DNA from: Holophagales bacterium
GTDB taxonomy: Bacteria > Acidobacteriota > Thermoanaerobaculia > Multivoradales > UBA5704
Reading direction: 5' to 3'
Assembly (NCBI GenBank): GCA_031404815.1
Contig: JANNIH010000054.1
Coordinates: 125,509-189,508, forward strand
DNA: 64,000 nucleotides
Part shown: positions 43,149-54,444 of the stretch, piece by piece
Layout: the number at the start of each line of letters is the position of its first letter
Numbering within the stretch: the first letter of the stretch is position 1
The notes under the pieces: generated by a model
What the model was told of the DNA's origin: nothing
Seen by the model: the letters and a program-made list of their open reading frames with translations, nothing else
Database searches by the model: none
Made by a program: the position numbers and the translations under genes

Positions 43149-43753
43149 TCTGTCTCGGAGGGTTCGGTATCGATCGGCCGTTTCGTATAGCCACGTAGAA
43201 ACATCCGCTCGGTGAGCGCCGCCATACAGCGCCGGGCGACTTTCCGCACGCTGGACGGGTGGTAACCCATCTGCTCCGCGACCTCACCGGAATTGAGCCC
43301 GAGGCGGTAGCGCAGGCGCAGTAGCCGGCGGCAGCGCGGTGGGAGGCCTTCGATCAGGTTGTCGAGATCCCAACGGACCTCCGCTTTCTCTTGTGGCGCC
43401 GCCTCCGGCTCAGAGAGCAGCTCGAGGATCACGGCATCGACCGAGTTGTACAGGTTCGTGTGCTTCTTGCGCCAGTAAACTACGCAGCGGTTGCGCAAGG
43501 TAACAAGAAGCCATGCCTCCGGATCCTGGATCTCGCTCCACTTCTGAAGCGTCGAGATCAGTGCTTCCTGCACCAGATCCTCGGAATCATACGCAGGCAC
43601 GCGATAGCGCGCGAGGATCTGCTTGAGTCGCGGCCGAAGCCTAACCAGGAGATCCTCGATCGACTCCCGGACCACGGCGGAGTCGGCAGGCGGATCGATG
43701 GCGGAGGGGGCTGTGGCCGGTCGGTCGGTAGCGTGTCGATTGGAGGCAGCCAT
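43145..43753 (-). CDS. ECF-type sigma-70 factor
   Basis: Region 2 EDLVQEAL...EAWL...RNRC; region 4 LPPRCRRLLRLRY..GL...EVAEQMG. Confidence 0.85.
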   Translation of the reverse strand: MAASNRHATDRPATAPSAIDPPADSAVVRESIEDLLVRLRPRLKQILARYRVPAYDSEDLVQEALISTLQKWSEIQDPEAWLLVTLRNRCVVYWRKKHTNLYNSVDAVILELLSEPEAAPQEKAEVRWDLDNLIEGLPPRCRRLLRLRYRLGLNSGEVAEQMGYHPSSVRKVARRCMAALTERMFLRGYTKRPIDTEPSETD

Positions 43754-43984
43754 TCGAGCGCCCTGAAACTCTGGCTCCGCGAGCGGTGGTTTCCGCCGCG
43801 AGCCATTGATGATACCGCTTCAGACCGTAAATACTAGTTGCGACTCGATCATTCTTCCCAATTCTCCGCCCAAGGGCTCCGATCGAAAGCCGGGTGGCCC
43901 TCCACCAAGCAGCGGCCGTACCCCTCGGGGACCCCTCGGGGACCCTCCGGGACTCCGGACTCCCGGTGATATGCTCGCGGGCGT

Positions 43985-44656
43985 ATGCTCAAGGCTCTCG
44001 AAACAACCCGAGCGCAGGTTGCGCGTTCGCTGGCGAATTCCCCGGTGATCGGTGTCGTCCGAACCCAAGATGGAGAGGCCGCTCGCGCCCAGGCGCAAGC
44101 GTTTCTTTCCGGCGGCCTCGAGCTGGTCGAGATCACCTTCTCGGTTCCCGGCGCCGCCGATCTGGTACGGGAACTCCTCGCGCACCGCGGGGGGCCCGGT
44201 CCGCCGTGGATCGGGATGGGCACGGTGACGACTCTTGAGCGCGCCCGTGAGGCGCTCGCGGCCGGTGCCGAGTTCGTGGTCACACCAAACGTCAGCGCCG
44301 AGGTCGGCGCGGAGGTGCGAAGCGCGGATTGCTTTTGGGTCTGCGGTGCGCTCACCCCGACCGAAGTGGTCACCGCCCACGAGCTGGGAGCCGACCTTGT
44401 GAAGGTGTATCCTCTGCCCCCCGTCGGCGGCGCCGCATACCTGGCGACGATCCGCCAACCTCTGGGAGACATCCCGATGCTCGCTGCCGGTGGATTCGGC
44501 GTCGAGGAGATCCCCACCTACGCCATGGCCGGAGCTTCGGCTTTCGGGATCGGCGGCCCTTTGCTGGGCGCTGATGAGGCCGAGACCCGGCACCGCGTGG
44601 CGCGAGCGCTGGAGCTCGCGCGCGCACCGCGGAACCCCCGCGCGGAGACGAGATGA
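43985..44656 (+). CDS. KDPG/KHG aldolase family protein
   Basis: VEITF, GMGTVTT, GAEFVVTP, GALTPTEV, VKVYP, AAGG. Confidence 0.88.
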   Translation: MLKALETTRAQVARSLANSPVIGVVRTQDGEAARAQAQAFLSGGLELVEITFSVPGAADLVRELLAHRGGPGPPWIGMGTVTTLERAREALAAGAEFVVTPNVSAEVGAEVRSADCFWVCGALTPTEVVTAHELGADLVKVYPLPPVGGAAYLATIRQPLGDIPMLAAGGFGVEEIPTYAMAGASAFGIGGPLLGADEAETRHRVARALELARAPRNPRAETR

Positions 44657-45072
44657 CCAACCCTACGCCGCCTCGCCAACTGCTCTTCGATTCGACTCCC
44701 GAGATCTTTGCGACCGATACCGGGGGATCGTTCGTCTTTCCACTCGCATTGGCCGGCGACTCCTATCTTGCGACCCAGTCGTACGACGAGATCCGTTTCG
44801 TGTTCTCGCTCTGGCACCCTTCCGGCCAACGCACCATCGATCTCGACCGCGCCTACGTCGAGCTGCGCGCCTCGTTCGATCCCGACGATGAGCACTGGAC
44901 CAAGCTCGCGGAGATCGAGCCCGTGGTGCCGCCCTATGCGGGCAGCGACAGCTTCGACGGCTGGATCGTGCTGCCGGTCCTCGCCGCGAGCTGCGCGTTC
45001 GCACTCGCCGGCAGTGGCTTCGAAACCCGCGCGCGGGTGCAGATCCGCGCCAGCGCCTACTTCGTCGCCTGA
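44653..45072 (+). CDS. Hypothetical protein (139 aa, beta-rich)
   Basis: ATGA overlap with the aldolase, GGAGA RBS, typical codon usage. Confidence 0.7.
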   Translation: MTNPTPPRQLLFDSTPEIFATDTGGSFVFPLALAGDSYLATQSYDEIRFVFSLWHPSGQRTIDLDRAYVELRASFDPDDEHWTKLAEIEPVVPPYAGSDSFDGWIVLPVLAASCAFALAGSGFETRARVQIRASAYFVA

Positions 45073-45098
45073 ACCGCCCCGGGAAGGCAGGAGCCTCG

Positions 45099-46346
45099 AT
45101 GCGCCATCTAGACCTGTTGCGCCGACTCGCCCAGCCCAACGAGTCGAAGATCGTCCTTCTGGTGCTCGATGGTGTGGGCGACATTCGGACCGAGGAGCAA
45201 CCGCAAACCGCCCTCGAGGCGGCGCGCCTGCCCAACCTGGACGCGCTCGCCGGCCGCTCGGCTCTCGGCCGCCTGATGCCGGTCTATCCCGGCGTCACGC
45301 CCGGGAGCGGTCCCGGCCATTTGGGGCTGTTCGGGTATGACCCGAGCGATCCGGGCGCCGACATCGGCCGTGGCATCCTCGAAGCGATCGGTGAGGGGTT
45401 GCCGATCGGCCCAGGCGATGTCGCAGCGCGCGGTAACTTCGCCACCGCAAGCCGTACCGGCCACCTGACCGACCGGAGGGCGGGGCGCATTCCGACCGAT
45501 GAGTGTCGGCGGCTCTGTCGGACGATCAACCTGGCGCTCGATGCTGCGCTCCAGGCGGCGCCGATCCCCGGGCTCTCGGTAACCGTGGCGCCGGGCGAGG
45601 GGCACCGATTCGTTCTGCACCTCCGCGGCCAAGCCGGTGGCGCACCGCTCTGCGCGGCGATCGCCGATACCGATCCGCAACAGCTCGACGTGCCGCCGCT
45701 CGATGTGCGGGCGACCGCGCCGGAAGGCGAGGCCACCGCCGCCGCGATCGCCCGCGTGGTCGAGATCATCGAGCGCGCGATCGTCGAAGAGCCCCGGGCG
45801 AACCGCGCCCTCCTCCGCGGGTTCTCCCAGTTGCCGCACCTGCCGCAGATTCCCGAGCTCTACAAGCTCAGGGCGGGCGCCTTCGCCGGCTATCCGCTCT
45901 ACCGCGGTGCGGCGGCGGCGAGCGGGATGGAGATCGTGCCGTGCGGCAAGGCGTTCTCCGAGATCCTCAATGCGGTGCGCGCCAACTGGGACCGTTTCGA
46001 CTTCTTCTTCCTTCACGTCAAGCAGACCGACCAGGCGGGAGAAGACGGCGATCGGACCGCCAAAATCCAGGTGCTCGAGGATGTGGACGCCCATCTGCCC
46101 GACCTCTTGGCGCTTAAGTCCGATGTTGTGGCGATCACCGGCGATCATTCGACCCCGGCGCCGATGAAGGCGCACAGCTGGCACCCGGTGCCGCTGCTCA
46201 TTCACTCGGGCGTCTGCTCGTGGGGCTTTGCCGACGAATTCTCCGAGCGCGCCTGCGCCCACGGGGAGATCGGCACGATCCCGTCGTTCCAAATGATGTC
46301 GCTGCTGCTCGCCAACGCCGGCCGCCTGGCGAAATTCGGGGCGTAG
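45099..46346 (+). CDS. apgM: Cofactor-independent phosphoglycerate mutase, ApgM type
   Basis: LLVLDGVGD, TPGSGPGHLGLFGYDP, GRGILEA, HVKQTDQAGEDG, TGDHSTP, HSWHPVP. Confidence 0.9.
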   Translation: MRHLDLLRRLAQPNESKIVLLVLDGVGDIRTEEQPQTALEAARLPNLDALAGRSALGRLMPVYPGVTPGSGPGHLGLFGYDPSDPGADIGRGILEAIGEGLPIGPGDVAARGNFATASRTGHLTDRRAGRIPTDECRRLCRTINLALDAALQAAPIPGLSVTVAPGEGHRFVLHLRGQAGGAPLCAAIADTDPQQLDVPPLDVRATAPEGEATAAAIARVVEIIERAIVEEPRANRALLRGFSQLPHLPQIPELYKLRAGAFAGYPLYRGAAAASGMEIVPCGKAFSEILNAVRANWDRFDFFFLHVKQTDQAGEDGDRTAKIQVLEDVDAHLPDLLALKSDVVAITGDHSTPAPMKAHSWHPVPLLIHSGVCSWGFADEFSERACAHGEIGTIPSFQMMSLLLANAGRLAKFGA

Positions 46347-46373
46347 GCTCCGGATCAGTTGCCGGCAAACCCT

Positions 46374-46922
46374 CTAGCGGAACCCTCGCCGGAGTTCCCG
46401 GCGAAAGATTCCGAAGGCCTCGGCGTCGTGGAGCACGACGACGACGCGCTCGAGTTTCGTGCCTCCTTGTAGGTAGCGATGCACCTCGGTGAGCAGGATG
46501 CGCGCGGCGCGGTCCATCGGGAAACCGAAGTTTCCGGTCGAAATCGCCGGGATCGCGATCGAGCGCAAGCCGGCTCGGTCGGCGAGCGCCATCGCGGAGC
46601 GGACCGCGGAGGCGAGCTTGCGGTCCTCGTCTCCGTCGCCCAGGCGCGGGCCCACGGCGTGGATGACCTGTTTCACCTTCAGGTGGCCGGGGCCGGTCAT
46701 CACCGCCGAGCCGACCGCGGCGTGACCGATTCGGTTGCACTCTTCTTGGATCGAGGCCCCCGCCTTCTTGAGGATTGCCCCGGCGACACCGGTACCGAGC
46801 TTGAGATCCTCGTTGGCGGCGTTGACGATGGCATCGACATCGACGTTCGTGATGTCACCCTCGATCAGTTCGAGCTGGGTCTGTTCGAGGGTTAGCGTCA
46901 CCCTGTTCTCGATCGTCGTCAC
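46374..46922 (-). CDS. Macro domain (ADP-ribose processing) protein
   Basis: GDIT, DAIVNAAN, GVAGAI, VIHAVGP, PAISTGNFGFP; GGAGG RBS before GTG 46922. Confidence 0.9.
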   Translation of the reverse strand: MTTIENRVTLTLEQTQLELIEGDITNVDVDAIVNAANEDLKLGTGVAGAILKKAGASIQEECNRIGHAAVGSAVMTGPGHLKVKQVIHAVGPRLGDGDEDRKLASAVRSAMALADRAGLRSIAIPAISTGNFGFPMDRAARILLTEVHRYLQGGTKLERVVVVLHDAEAFGIFRRELRRGFR

Positions 46923-47076
46923 TGCCTGTGCCTCCGGCTCGGGGACCGCCTGCGGTGGCCAAATCATATCAACTACGGGGTCCGCCGCGGAGGGAAACGC
47001 GGGGTCGAGGCCAAGTGCCTCTGCCGAAGCTCGCGGAGAGAGGTCGAAGGGGTCCCTGATGTAGACTCCCGCGACC

Positions 47077-48993
47077 ATGTGGAAAGAGCTCAACACCCAA
47101 CTGAAACAAGAGATGGCGCGCGCCATTCACCAGCGGTTCGGCGTCCTTCACGATCCGATTCTCGAGGTCCCGCCGCGGCGCGAACTCGGCGATCTCGCCT
47201 TTCCTGCCGCGCTTCAGCTCGCCCGGACGCTCAAGAAGAACCCGCGGCAGATCGCTGACGAGCTGATGGCCGAATTTCGGCCGCCGGTGGGAGTCCGCGA
47301 GGTCCGAATCCTTGGCGCCGGCTACCTGAACCTGTTTCTCGACCGGCCATGTTGGGTGGGCCGGCTGCTCGGCGCACCGATTCTCTCAGGCGCGCCCCGG
47401 GCCGACAAGGTCATCGTCGAACACACCAACATCAATCCGAACAAGGCGGCGCACATCGGCCATCTACGCAATGCCGTGCTCGGCGATGTGCTCGGCCGAT
47501 CTTTGCGCGCGCTCGGCTTTCCGACCGAGGTGCAGAACTACATCGACGACACAGGGGTTCAGGTCGCCGACGTGGTGATCGGTTTTCTCGATCTCCGCGG
47601 CTTGACCCTCGGGGAAGTGGCGGCCTTGCCCGAACCGTTCGACTTCTACTGCTGGGACCTGTACAGCGAGGTCGGTCGCTGGTTCGGGGACGATCCGGCC
47701 CGCCAGGCGCTGCGCCGGGCGACGCTCCACGAGCTGGAATCAGGAGAGGGACCGCGCGCCGAGATGGGCCGCCTGGTCGCGAGCCGGATCGTCGGCCGCC
47801 ATCTCGCGACCATGCGTCGCCTGGGCATCGGCTACGACCTGCTCACCCATGAGAGCGACATCCTGGCGCTCCACTTTTTCGACGTGGCGTTCGAGCGGCT
47901 CAAAGTCTCCGGGGCGGTACAGTTCGAAACCGAGGGGAAGAACGTCGGCTGCTGGGTAATGCCGCTCTCGTTGAGCGACGAGTTCTCCGGCCTCGAAGAC
48001 CCGGACAAGGTGATCGTCCGCTCCGACGGAACGGTCACCTATGTCGGCAAAGACATCGCCTACCAACTCTGGAAGTTCGGCCTGCTGGGCAAGGACTTCG
48101 CCTACCGCCTGCGCACAGAGGAGAACCTCTGGCAGACCTGCCACCAGGGGGGAGAGCCGTCGCACCCGGCGTTCGGTGGTGCAAGCCGGGTGATCAACGT
48201 GATCGACAACCGGCAGTCGTACCTCCAGAAGATCGTCCGCGCCGGGCTCCAATCGCTCGGCCACGGGGAGGAGGCGAAGCGCTCGGTCCATTTCGCCTAC
48301 GAGATGGTCGCCCTTTCCCCGGCCACCGCACGGCTGCTCGGCTTTGCGGTCGAGGGAGAAGAGAAGGCCCTGGAGATGTCCGGCCGGAAGGGGATCGGCG
48401 TCAAAGCGGACGACCTGATCGACCAGCTCCAAGCCAAGAGCCGCGAGGAGATCGCGGCGCGCAACCGCGAGCTCGATCCGGCAACGCTCGATACGCTGGC
48501 CCACCAGATAGCAGTGGCGGCAATCCGCTTCTTCATGGTCAAGGCGACCACCAACCGGGTGATCGCGTTCGACTTCGACGAAGCGCTGTCGTTCGAAGGG
48601 GAGTCCGGCCCCTACCTGCAATACTCGATGGTGCGGGCAAAAAACATCCGGCGCAAGCTCGGCGAGGCCGGCCTGGCCCAGGAGGTCACCGCCGAAGCCG
48701 CCGCTGCGCTGCCCGCGGAGGTCTACGCCGACGATCTTTGGGACCTGGTTCTCTCTACCGCCCAGGTCGAAGAGGCGATCGAACGGGGCGCCCTCGGGTT
48801 GGAGCTGTCGATCGTCGCCCGTCAGGCGCTCGACCTCGCTCAGAAGTTCAACCAGGCGTACCACAAGCACCCGATCCTCCACGAGGCGGACGCCACACTC
48901 CGCTCCGCCCGCCTGGCCGCCGTGCAGGTCTACCAGAAGGGACTGGAGACTCTCGCCGACGTCCTCGGCGTGCCGATGCCAGAAAAGATGTAG
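47077..48993 (+). CDS. argS: Arginine-tRNA ligase
   Basis: EHTNINPNKAAHIGHLRN (HIGH), MSGRKG, GPYLQY, C-terminal MPEKM. Confidence 0.95.
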   Translation: MWKELNTQLKQEMARAIHQRFGVLHDPILEVPPRRELGDLAFPAALQLARTLKKNPRQIADELMAEFRPPVGVREVRILGAGYLNLFLDRPCWVGRLLGAPILSGAPRADKVIVEHTNINPNKAAHIGHLRNAVLGDVLGRSLRALGFPTEVQNYIDDTGVQVADVVIGFLDLRGLTLGEVAALPEPFDFYCWDLYSEVGRWFGDDPARQALRRATLHELESGEGPRAEMGRLVASRIVGRHLATMRRLGIGYDLLTHESDILALHFFDVAFERLKVSGAVQFETEGKNVGCWVMPLSLSDEFSGLEDPDKVIVRSDGTVTYVGKDIAYQLWKFGLLGKDFAYRLRTEENLWQTCHQGGEPSHPAFGGASRVINVIDNRQSYLQKIVRAGLQSLGHGEEAKRSVHFAYEMVALSPATARLLGFAVEGEEKALEMSGRKGIGVKADDLIDQLQAKSREEIAARNRELDPATLDTLAHQIAVAAIRFFMVKATTNRVIAFDFDEALSFEGESGPYLQYSMVRAKNIRRKLGEAGLAQEVTAEAAAALPAEVYADDLWDLVLSTAQVEEAIERGALGLELSIVARQALDLAQKFNQAYHKHPILHEADATLRSARLAAVQVYQKGLETLADVLGVPMPEKM

Positions 48994-49019
48994 TCGGGAG
49001 GACCGGCGGCTCACTCGCG

Positions 49020-50126
49020 ATGCCTTCTTCGACCCTTCTCTCCATGGCCCCTGTGGCGACCGCCCCTTGGGACCGGCGCGCACCCGAGCGGACAGGACTC
49101 CCTTCGGCCTGGGCGCTCTTGCCGGACCAGCTCTTGGCGCTCGGCTGCCCGGGCGCGTCGGCCCATGCCTTCGGCCGCCTCCAGCGGGTTCGCACTTGGG
49201 GGCCGGCGGGTGCGCCGAGCGGGCAGCTCTTCCTCGCCCGCGATACCCGGGCGTGGTTGGCGGAGCACACCGACCTCTCGCTCCCTCGGATCGTCGAACG
49301 TCGTTTGTCCGAAGACGGGGCCACCAAACTCGCGCTTAAGCTCATCGACGGTCACCGAATCGAGGCGATTCACATGCCGCGGCGGCCGGATGGCCGGGTT
49401 ACGTTTTGTCTTTCGAGCCAGGTCGGTTGCGCCCTCGGCTGCACCTTTTGCGCGACCGGTGCGATGGGGATCGTGCGCAACCTGTCAGCGGGGGAGATTG
49501 TGGGGCAGGTGCTCATCCTGATGCGCGAGCTCGGGCCGATACGGGGCGACCTGTTGACTCTCGTCTTTATGGGCATGGGCGAGCCTCTGCACAATCTCGA
49601 TCACGTCCACCGGGCGATTCGAGTGCTCTGCCACCCAGGGGGCGCCGGTCTTTCGCCCCGACGGATCACGGTCAGCACGGCGGGGCTGGTTCCAGGGATC
49701 GAGCGGCTGGCGCGGATGACCCCCCGGCCGCAGCTCGCTGTCTCATTGAACGCCACAACCGACGCGCAGCGTTCGGCGACGATGCCGATCAACCGGGCGT
49801 GGAACCTCGCCCGGCTGCGCCAGGCGCTCGCCGATTGGCCCTTGGAGAAGAACGAGCGCTTCCTGTTCGAGTACGTTCTGCTCGCCGGGGAGAACGACAG
49901 CGACGAAGACGCCGACCGGCTCGCCGCCTGGCTCGGCGACCTTCGCCACCGCCACAACGTCAACCTGATCCCGATGAACGAGCACGACCGCTCGGACTTC
50001 CGAGAGCCGGAGATGGACCAGGTCCAGCGCTTCTTACGCCGCCTGCGCGGCCACGGTTGTTTCGTCAGCGTCCGCAAAAGCCGCAGCCGAGACATCCAAG
50101 GCGCGTGCGGCCAGCTGGTGATCTGA
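49020..50126 (+). CDS. rlmN: Radical SAM 23S rRNA m2A2503 methyltransferase RlmN family
   Basis: CLSSQVGCALGCTFCATG, FMGMGEP, FEYVLL, VNLIPMN, DIQGACGQL; start uncertain. Confidence 0.88.
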   Translation: MPSSTLLSMAPVATAPWDRRAPERTGLPSAWALLPDQLLALGCPGASAHAFGRLQRVRTWGPAGAPSGQLFLARDTRAWLAEHTDLSLPRIVERRLSEDGATKLALKLIDGHRIEAIHMPRRPDGRVTFCLSSQVGCALGCTFCATGAMGIVRNLSAGEIVGQVLILMRELGPIRGDLLTLVFMGMGEPLHNLDHVHRAIRVLCHPGGAGLSPRRITVSTAGLVPGIERLARMTPRPQLAVSLNATTDAQRSATMPINRAWNLARLRQALADWPLEKNERFLFEYVLLAGENDSDEDADRLAAWLGDLRHRHNVNLIPMNEHDRSDFREPEMDQVQRFLRRLRGHGCFVSVRKSRSRDIQGACGQLVI

Positions 50127-50133
50127 GGCGCCT

Positions 50134-51219
<1,086 letters not shown>

Positions 51220-51329
51220 GGGCGACCTCGGCTCGACTCTTCCCGGGGTCACCAGCGACCCCGAGGGACCCAGAAACGGCAACGCCGCGGCACGAGAGGC
51301 CGCGGCGTAGGGGTCGTTGGCGAGCGGAG

Positions 51330-51536
51330 CTAAGCTGCGGCTTTGTTGTAACGCTTCTTGAAGCGCTCGACGCGGCCGGCGGTGTCGATCAGCTTCTGCT
51401 TGCCGGAGAAGAACGGGTGGCAGACGCTGCAGATCTCGAGCCGCAGGTCCTTCTTTGTCGAGTGGGTCTCGAACGTATTGCCGCAGGCACAGATCGCGGT
51501 GACCAGGTGCATCTGGGGGTGGAGATTTTCTTTCAC
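51330..51536 (-). CDS. rpmE: 50S ribosomal protein L31 (Zn-binding type)
   Basis: [27 protein letters not shown]. Confidence 0.95.
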   Translation of the reverse strand: MKENLHPQMHLVTAICACGNTFETHSTKKDLRLEICSVCHPFFSGKQKLIDTAGRVERFKKRYNKAAA

Positions 51537-51862
51537 GGAAACGTCCCCTCTCTGCTTTTAGGCCCTTCGGGCGACATCGACGGCAGGGGGCCGGGGACGC
51601 CGCAAGAGCCCAGAAGGATACCCGAAGGCGTGCTCCGGCCGCAAGAACTTTTTGAGGAAAGGCAGAATGGTGCGCGCGGACAAGCGGAGCAGTACAAAAC
51701 GACCCTCCCGTGTGTCACACTTTAGGGGGGCTCAAACACCTTGACTTGTATCTATCTACGCGGGGCCTTTGGACTTGGATCTGTTCTCTTTCCGTCTGGC
51801 AGCCCCGAACGCTCTTTCCCTCGGGATTCACTCTCGACCCACGACCCATAGGAGTCACTGGT

Positions 51863-53602
51863 ATGAGCATCGAACAGGATGACCCACAGGCGCCGGAGAG
51901 CGCCGAGCTTCCCAACGTCAACCGTCGGCAGTTCTTGGGGGGCGCGGGTGCCGCCGTCGTCGGCGTGAGCGCGGGAGCGCTGGCCTTCGCGCCGAAGGGC
52001 GAAGCGGCAGGAGTCGCTACCGGAGTCGAGGCGGACAGCATCATCACCGGCGAGGCGAACATTGGCCGTACCCTGGCCTCGTACAACTTTCGGGTGAATG
52101 CGGCCAAGATCCGGCGCGACGCACCTCACCCCCAGCATCGTTCCAACGGTGACGAAGCGCGCTACCCGACCCGCATTGGTAGCTACACGAAGGGCCTCCC
52201 GCACAACGAGTTCGGCGAAGTCAGCGCGTCCGCCTACTCCAAAATGTTGAAGGCCCTCCAGACCGGTTCACCGGCCGACTTCGAAGCGATCCCCCTGGGC
52301 GGGCCGCGCTTTCAGACCAGCCCGCAGTCCGGGCTCGCCTTCGACCTCGAAGGCCTCGACGCCCAAGCCGTCACGGCGCCGCCGGCGCCGCAGCTTTCCT
52401 CCGCCGAGGAGGCGGGTGAAGCGGTCGAGCTCTATTGGATGGCGCTTTTGCGCGACGTCCCCTTCGACAACTACGAGACCAACGACCTCGCGATTGCCGC
52501 GGCCGAGGACTTGACCAGCTTGGGCAACAGCTTCAAGGGTCCGAAAGAGCCTGGTAACGTAGTTACCCCTCAGACGCTCTTCCGCGATCCGCTGCCGGGT
52601 ACCTTGAACGGTCCCTACCTGTCCCAGTTCATGCTCAAGGGGACGCCGTACGGCTCGGAGTTCGTCGATCGCCGCTCGCGCGTGTTTGCCGAGGGTGACG
52701 ACCACATGACCACCTTTGATAACTGGTTGACGGTGCAGAACGGCGGCGTCAACGAGACCACGACGTTCGATCCGACGCGCCGCTACATGCGCAACGGGCG
52801 CGACCTGTCGGCCTGGGTGCAGATGGACGTGCTGTTCCAGGCCTACTTCAACGCCCTCATTATCATGGGCACGCCGCCGAGTTCGTTCGACCAGAACGCC
52901 GACGGCATGGGCTGTCCGCCGAACCCGACCAACCCCTATAGCAACTCGGCGAACCAGATCGGATTCGCCACTTTCGGTCCGCCGCACTTCGCGGCGCTGC
53001 TCTGCGAGGTCGCGACGCGCGCGCTCAAGGCGACCTGGTTCCAGAAGTGGTTCCTGCATCGCCGGCTCCGGCCGGAGGCGTTCGGTGGTCTGGTCCATCT
53101 CCAGAAGACCCAGGATCGCTACCCGGGCATCCTTCACAACAACATTCTCAATTCGCCGGTGCTCGACGCGACGTTCGAGAAGTACGGAAGCTACCTGTGC
53201 CCGATGGCGTTCCCCGAGGGGTCGCCGACCCATCCGTCCTACACCGCGGGCCACGCCACGGTGGCGGGCGCTTGCGTGACGATCCTGAAGGCGCTGTTCG
53301 ATGAGACCTTCATCATTCCGAATCCGGTGCGGGTGAGCGATGACGGGCTGTCGCTCCTGCCGTACACCGGTCCGCCGCTCACCGTCCTCGGCGAGCTTCA
53401 CAAAGTCTGCTCGAACATCGGAACCGGTCGTAACATCGCCGGCGTCCACTGGCGCAGCGACGCGATCCAGTCGTTCAAGTTGGGCGAGAAGATCGCGATC
53501 TCCATCCTGGAAGACCAAAAGGCGAGCTACAACGAGATTCGGCGCGGCTTCTTCAAGGAGTACATCTTCACGAAGTTCGACGGCACGACGGCCCGCTTTT
53601 AA
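51863..53602 (+). CDS. Vanadium-dependent haloperoxidase with Tat signal
   Basis: NRRQFLGG Tat motif; KATWFQKW..HRRLRPE, HPSYTAGHA, RNIAGVHWRSD; AGGAG RBS before ATG 51863. Confidence 0.9.
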   Translation: MSIEQDDPQAPESAELPNVNRRQFLGGAGAAVVGVSAGALAFAPKGEAAGVATGVEADSIITGEANIGRTLASYNFRVNAAKIRRDAPHPQHRSNGDEARYPTRIGSYTKGLPHNEFGEVSASAYSKMLKALQTGSPADFEAIPLGGPRFQTSPQSGLAFDLEGLDAQAVTAPPAPQLSSAEEAGEAVELYWMALLRDVPFDNYETNDLAIAAAEDLTSLGNSFKGPKEPGNVVTPQTLFRDPLPGTLNGPYLSQFMLKGTPYGSEFVDRRSRVFAEGDDHMTTFDNWLTVQNGGVNETTTFDPTRRYMRNGRDLSAWVQMDVLFQAYFNALIIMGTPPSSFDQNADGMGCPPNPTNPYSNSANQIGFATFGPPHFAALLCEVATRALKATWFQKWFLHRRLRPEAFGGLVHLQKTQDRYPGILHNNILNSPVLDATFEKYGSYLCPMAFPEGSPTHPSYTAGHATVAGACVTILKALFDETFIIPNPVRVSDDGLSLLPYTGPPLTVLGELHKVCSNIGTGRNIAGVHWRSDAIQSFKLGEKIAISILEDQKASYNEIRRGFFKEYIFTKFDGTTARF

Positions 53603-53635
53603 CCGGGGCCGACGGTCAAAGCTTCGAGCCGAACC

Positions 53636-53672
53636 AACGCGGCCGTTCCTAAGGAGCGGTCGCGTTTTTCTT
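53636..53672 (+). terminator. Intrinsic terminator
   Basis: ACGCGGCCGTTCCT / AGGAGCGGTCGCGT stem with G-U pairs, followed by TTTTCTT. Confidence 0.75.
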
Positions 53673-53686
53673 AGGGCCGAACATCT

Positions 53687-54358
53687 CTACTGATTGAATT
53701 CGGGCAGTTCGTAGAGGCAGCGCTCGAAATTACCGCTGACGGTCCCTTCCCCCGCTTCGCCCCGGTAGGCCCCGGAGAATGAACCGGAGATCGCATCCTG
53801 ACCGCCCGGTTGAGCGGATTTGACCACGGTGATCGTGGCCTTCGCCGCGCCGCGCGATTGGCGGATGACCTCGCCGGAGAAGTTCGCGCGGACCCGCGCG
53901 TCGGCATCGTACTCGCCCGCGCCTTGGAAGTTTTCGATCTGTAGGACGAAGAAGGGCGCGCCTGGAATGTTCAAAGCGACCTGGAAGGTCTTGTTGGGAA
54001 AGAGCGCGCAGTTCGACCGGGCATCCGCGTCGTATTTCTGACTTCCGGTAAGTACCAGGTGAGCTTTCTGGCTGGTTCCCCGGGCCTGGGCTTCTACGGG
54101 GGGTAGATTGCGGAAAGCGGGATCGTGGGTCACGTCCGAATTGGTTGCGGCGTCCTGATTCGGCACAGGGGGCTCCATCGAGTCGGCGACAGGCCCCGCG
54201 GCAGGTACGCCGGGCGCGGGGGGCGTTTCTTCATGGCCGGTGCCCGATCCGCAGGCCCAGAGTCCGAGGCAGAGGAACAATATTCCGATCAGGGATCGGC
54301 TACCGAAGATTTGGACCTGCCGTAGCGAAATGCCGCTACGCGTATTCGTTGAATTCAT
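53687..54358 (-). CDS. Hypothetical lipoprotein
   Basis: AGGAG RBS before ATG 54358; hydrophobic stretch ending in lipobox LWAC. Confidence 0.7.
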   Translation of the reverse strand: MNSTNTRSGISLRQVQIFGSRSLIGILFLCLGLWACGSGTGHEETPPAPGVPAAGPVADSMEPPVPNQDAATNSDVTHDPAFRNLPPVEAQARGTSQKAHLVLTGSQKYDADARSNCALFPNKTFQVALNIPGAPFFVLQIENFQGAGEYDADARVRANFSGEVIRQSRGAAKATITVVKSAQPGGQDAISGSFSGAYRGEAGEGTVSGNFERCLYELPEFNQ

Positions 54359-54444
54359 TTCTTGCTCCTTTGGTCGCCCTCCGAACGGCGTTTCCGTCCC
54401 GGGCCGGAAGGCGTGGATTCTACGCGAGAGGTACACTCCGCCCG

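Noticed and set aside
43920-43966. ACCCCTCGGGG tandem near-palindromes between the sigma and aldolase genes
   Set aside because: Two copies plus degenerate ones in GC-rich DNA; too weak to call an operator.
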